A stretch of 53,375 nucleotides of DNA, the filler included, from Sphacelaria rigidula (Eukaryota), in the NCBI GenBank assembly GCA_964200075.2. It is 4 parts of 4 records of this genome, joined end to end, with 100 filler letters (N's around TTAATTAATTAA, not from the genome) between each part and the next. Parts side by side here need not be neighbours in the genome. Positions count along the whole stretch, not along the records: positions 40,108 to 53,375 come from CAXNAA020003015.1; 3 more parts are not named here. One strand, written 5' to 3'. This document shows positions 51,855 to 53,375 of this stretch, one piece after another (position 1 is the first letter of the stretch; every line of letters starts with the position of its first letter). The notes below the pieces were generated by a model. The model was not told the DNA's origin and made no database searches. It was given only the letters and a program-made list of their open reading frames with translations. The position numbers were made by a program, and so were the translations under genes.

Positions 51855-53355
51855 AGAGCTATGAGGAAACGCAATCCGTTAACAAGGAAGTGCCGTATGA
51901 CAGACCAAAAGGGTCATTCGTGCTTAGACAAGGATCACTCCTGAGCTCTCCCGTCATGCTTACAAACTGTTCGGCTTGCGTCGCCTTCTTGTTTCTTTTT
52001 TCCTGTTTCTGTATTCTCTGTAGCGAGCCACGAGACATCACTTTCTCCCAGAGCCGTGAGGAAACGCAATCCGTTAATAAGGAAGTGCCGTATGACGGAC
52101 CAAAAGGGTCACTCGTGCTTAGACAAGGATCACACCTGAGCTCCCAAGTCACGTGTTTATCAGGGGTTTAACCTCCCTTTCTTCTCCTTTTTTCATTTTC
52201 AATTTTTCCCCCCGTCTCTGAGCGTGTATTCTGTTGCAAGCAGCGGAATAGTCACCGACTTAACTCTGTCGGAGAGCCGTAAGGAAACGCAATCCGTCAA
52301 CAAGGAAGTGCCGTATGACAGACCAAAAGGGTCATTCGTGCTTAGACAAGGATCACTCCTGAGCTCTCCCGTCATGCTTACAAACTGTTCGGCTTGCGTC
52401 GCCTTCTTGTTTCTTTTTTCCTGTTTCTGTATTCTCTGTAGCGAGCCACGAGACATCACTTTCTCCCAGAGCCGTGAGGAAACGCAATCCGTTAATAAGG
52501 AAGTGCCGTATGACGGACCAAAATGGTCACTCGTGCTTAGACAAGGATAACACCTGAGCTCTCCCGTCACACTCACGAAGTGTCAAGCTAACCCCTCCCC
52601 CCCCCGTCCTCCCCGACATCACTTACATCGTTTAATCCATGTGACCGGCCAAACACCCGTCTGAGTGTTTGTGAAGGGTGAAGAGCTGTGAGGAAACGCA
52701 ATCCGTTAACAAGGAAGTGCCGTATGACGGACCAAAAGGGTCATTCGTGCTTAGACAAGGATCACACCTGAGCTCTCCCGTCACGCTTACAAACTGTTCG
52801 GCTTGTGTCATCTTTCTTTTTTCCTGTTTCTGTATTCTCTGGAGCGAGCCACAAGACATCACTTTCTCACAGAGCCGTGAGGAAACGCAATCCGTCAACA
52901 AGGAAGTGCCGTATGACAGACCAAAAGAGTCATTCGTGCTTAGACAAGGATCACTCCTGAGCTCTCCCGTCATGCTTACAAACTGTTCGGCTTGTGTCGC
53001 CTTTTTGTTCCTCTTTTTCTGTTTCTGTGTTCTCTGTAGCGAGCCACAAGACATGACTTTCTCACAGAGCCGTGAGGAAACGCAATCCGTTAACAAGGAA
53101 GTGCCGTATGACAGACCAAAAGGGTCATTCGTGCTTAGACAAGGATCACACCTGAGCTCTCCCGTCATGCTTACAGACTGTTCGGCTTGCGTCGCCTTCT
53201 TGTTTCTCTTTTTTTGTTCCTGTATTCTCTGTAGCGAGCCACGAGATATCACTTTCTCCCAGAGCCGTGAGGAAACGCAATCCGTTAACAAGGAAGTGCC
53301 GTATGACAGACCAAAAGGGTCATTCGTGCTTAGACAAGGATCACACCTGAGCTCT
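51855..53355 (+). ncRNA. Tandem array of at least 8 putative box C/D snoRNA-like units (95-nt core)
   Basis: Cores at 51855-51949, 52050-52144, 52273-52367, 52468-52562, 52682-52776, 52871-52965, 53066-53160 and 53261-53355. Each has a 5' stem AGAGC, box C-like RTGAGGA (GTAAGGA in copy 3), an internal hairpin, box D CTGA and a 3' stem GCTCT (GCTCC in copy 2). Spacers are of at least three unrelated types. Confidence 0.55.
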
Positions 53356-53375
53356 CCCGTCACACTCACGAAACG

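Noticed and set aside
51855-53355. CRISPR or TIGR-type array interpretation
   Set aside because: The repeat is 95 nt, most spacers are copies of one another, the context is eukaryotic, and no Cas or Nop-domain gene is in the window.
52632-53369. 245-aa minus-strand ORF with repeated CDPC/65-aa units
   Set aside because: By-product of a 195-bp (multiple of 3) repeat period; it is broken at the alternative spacers, and conservation boundaries fit an RNA stem rather than codons.

Overview
Eukaryotic, intron-rich, repeat-rich genomic scaffold. A brown-alga/stramenopile origin is inferred from short exons, long introns and repeat content; it is not proven. Three spliced genes can be reconstructed by hand from GT-AG boundaries with consistent phases. 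(1) A PAC2-family proteasome assembly chaperone-like gene (+, visible exons 7899-11373, first exon not found). (2) A complete 15-exon MAP65/Ase1/PRC1 microtubule-bundling protein gene (-, 25327-15646, ~637 aa). (3) The 3' half of a nucleoredoxin-like gene (+, 30260-37468). The rest is largely mobile DNA: a decayed RTE-type LINE, a LINE 3' fragment with a CCHC finger and C-rich tail, tRNA-derived SINEs, several MITE/foldback families (one with a perfect 8-bp TSD), a probable hAT transposase relic and nested satellites. The most striking feature is at the right end (51855-53355+): at least 8 tandem copies of a sharply bounded 95-nt core (AGAGC-box C-like RTGAGGA ... CTGA box D-GCTCT) separated by at least three unrelated spacer types, resembling an amplified box C/D guide-RNA array. 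Three N-gaps carry an artificial TTAATTAATTAA linker, so adjacency across them is not guaranteed.
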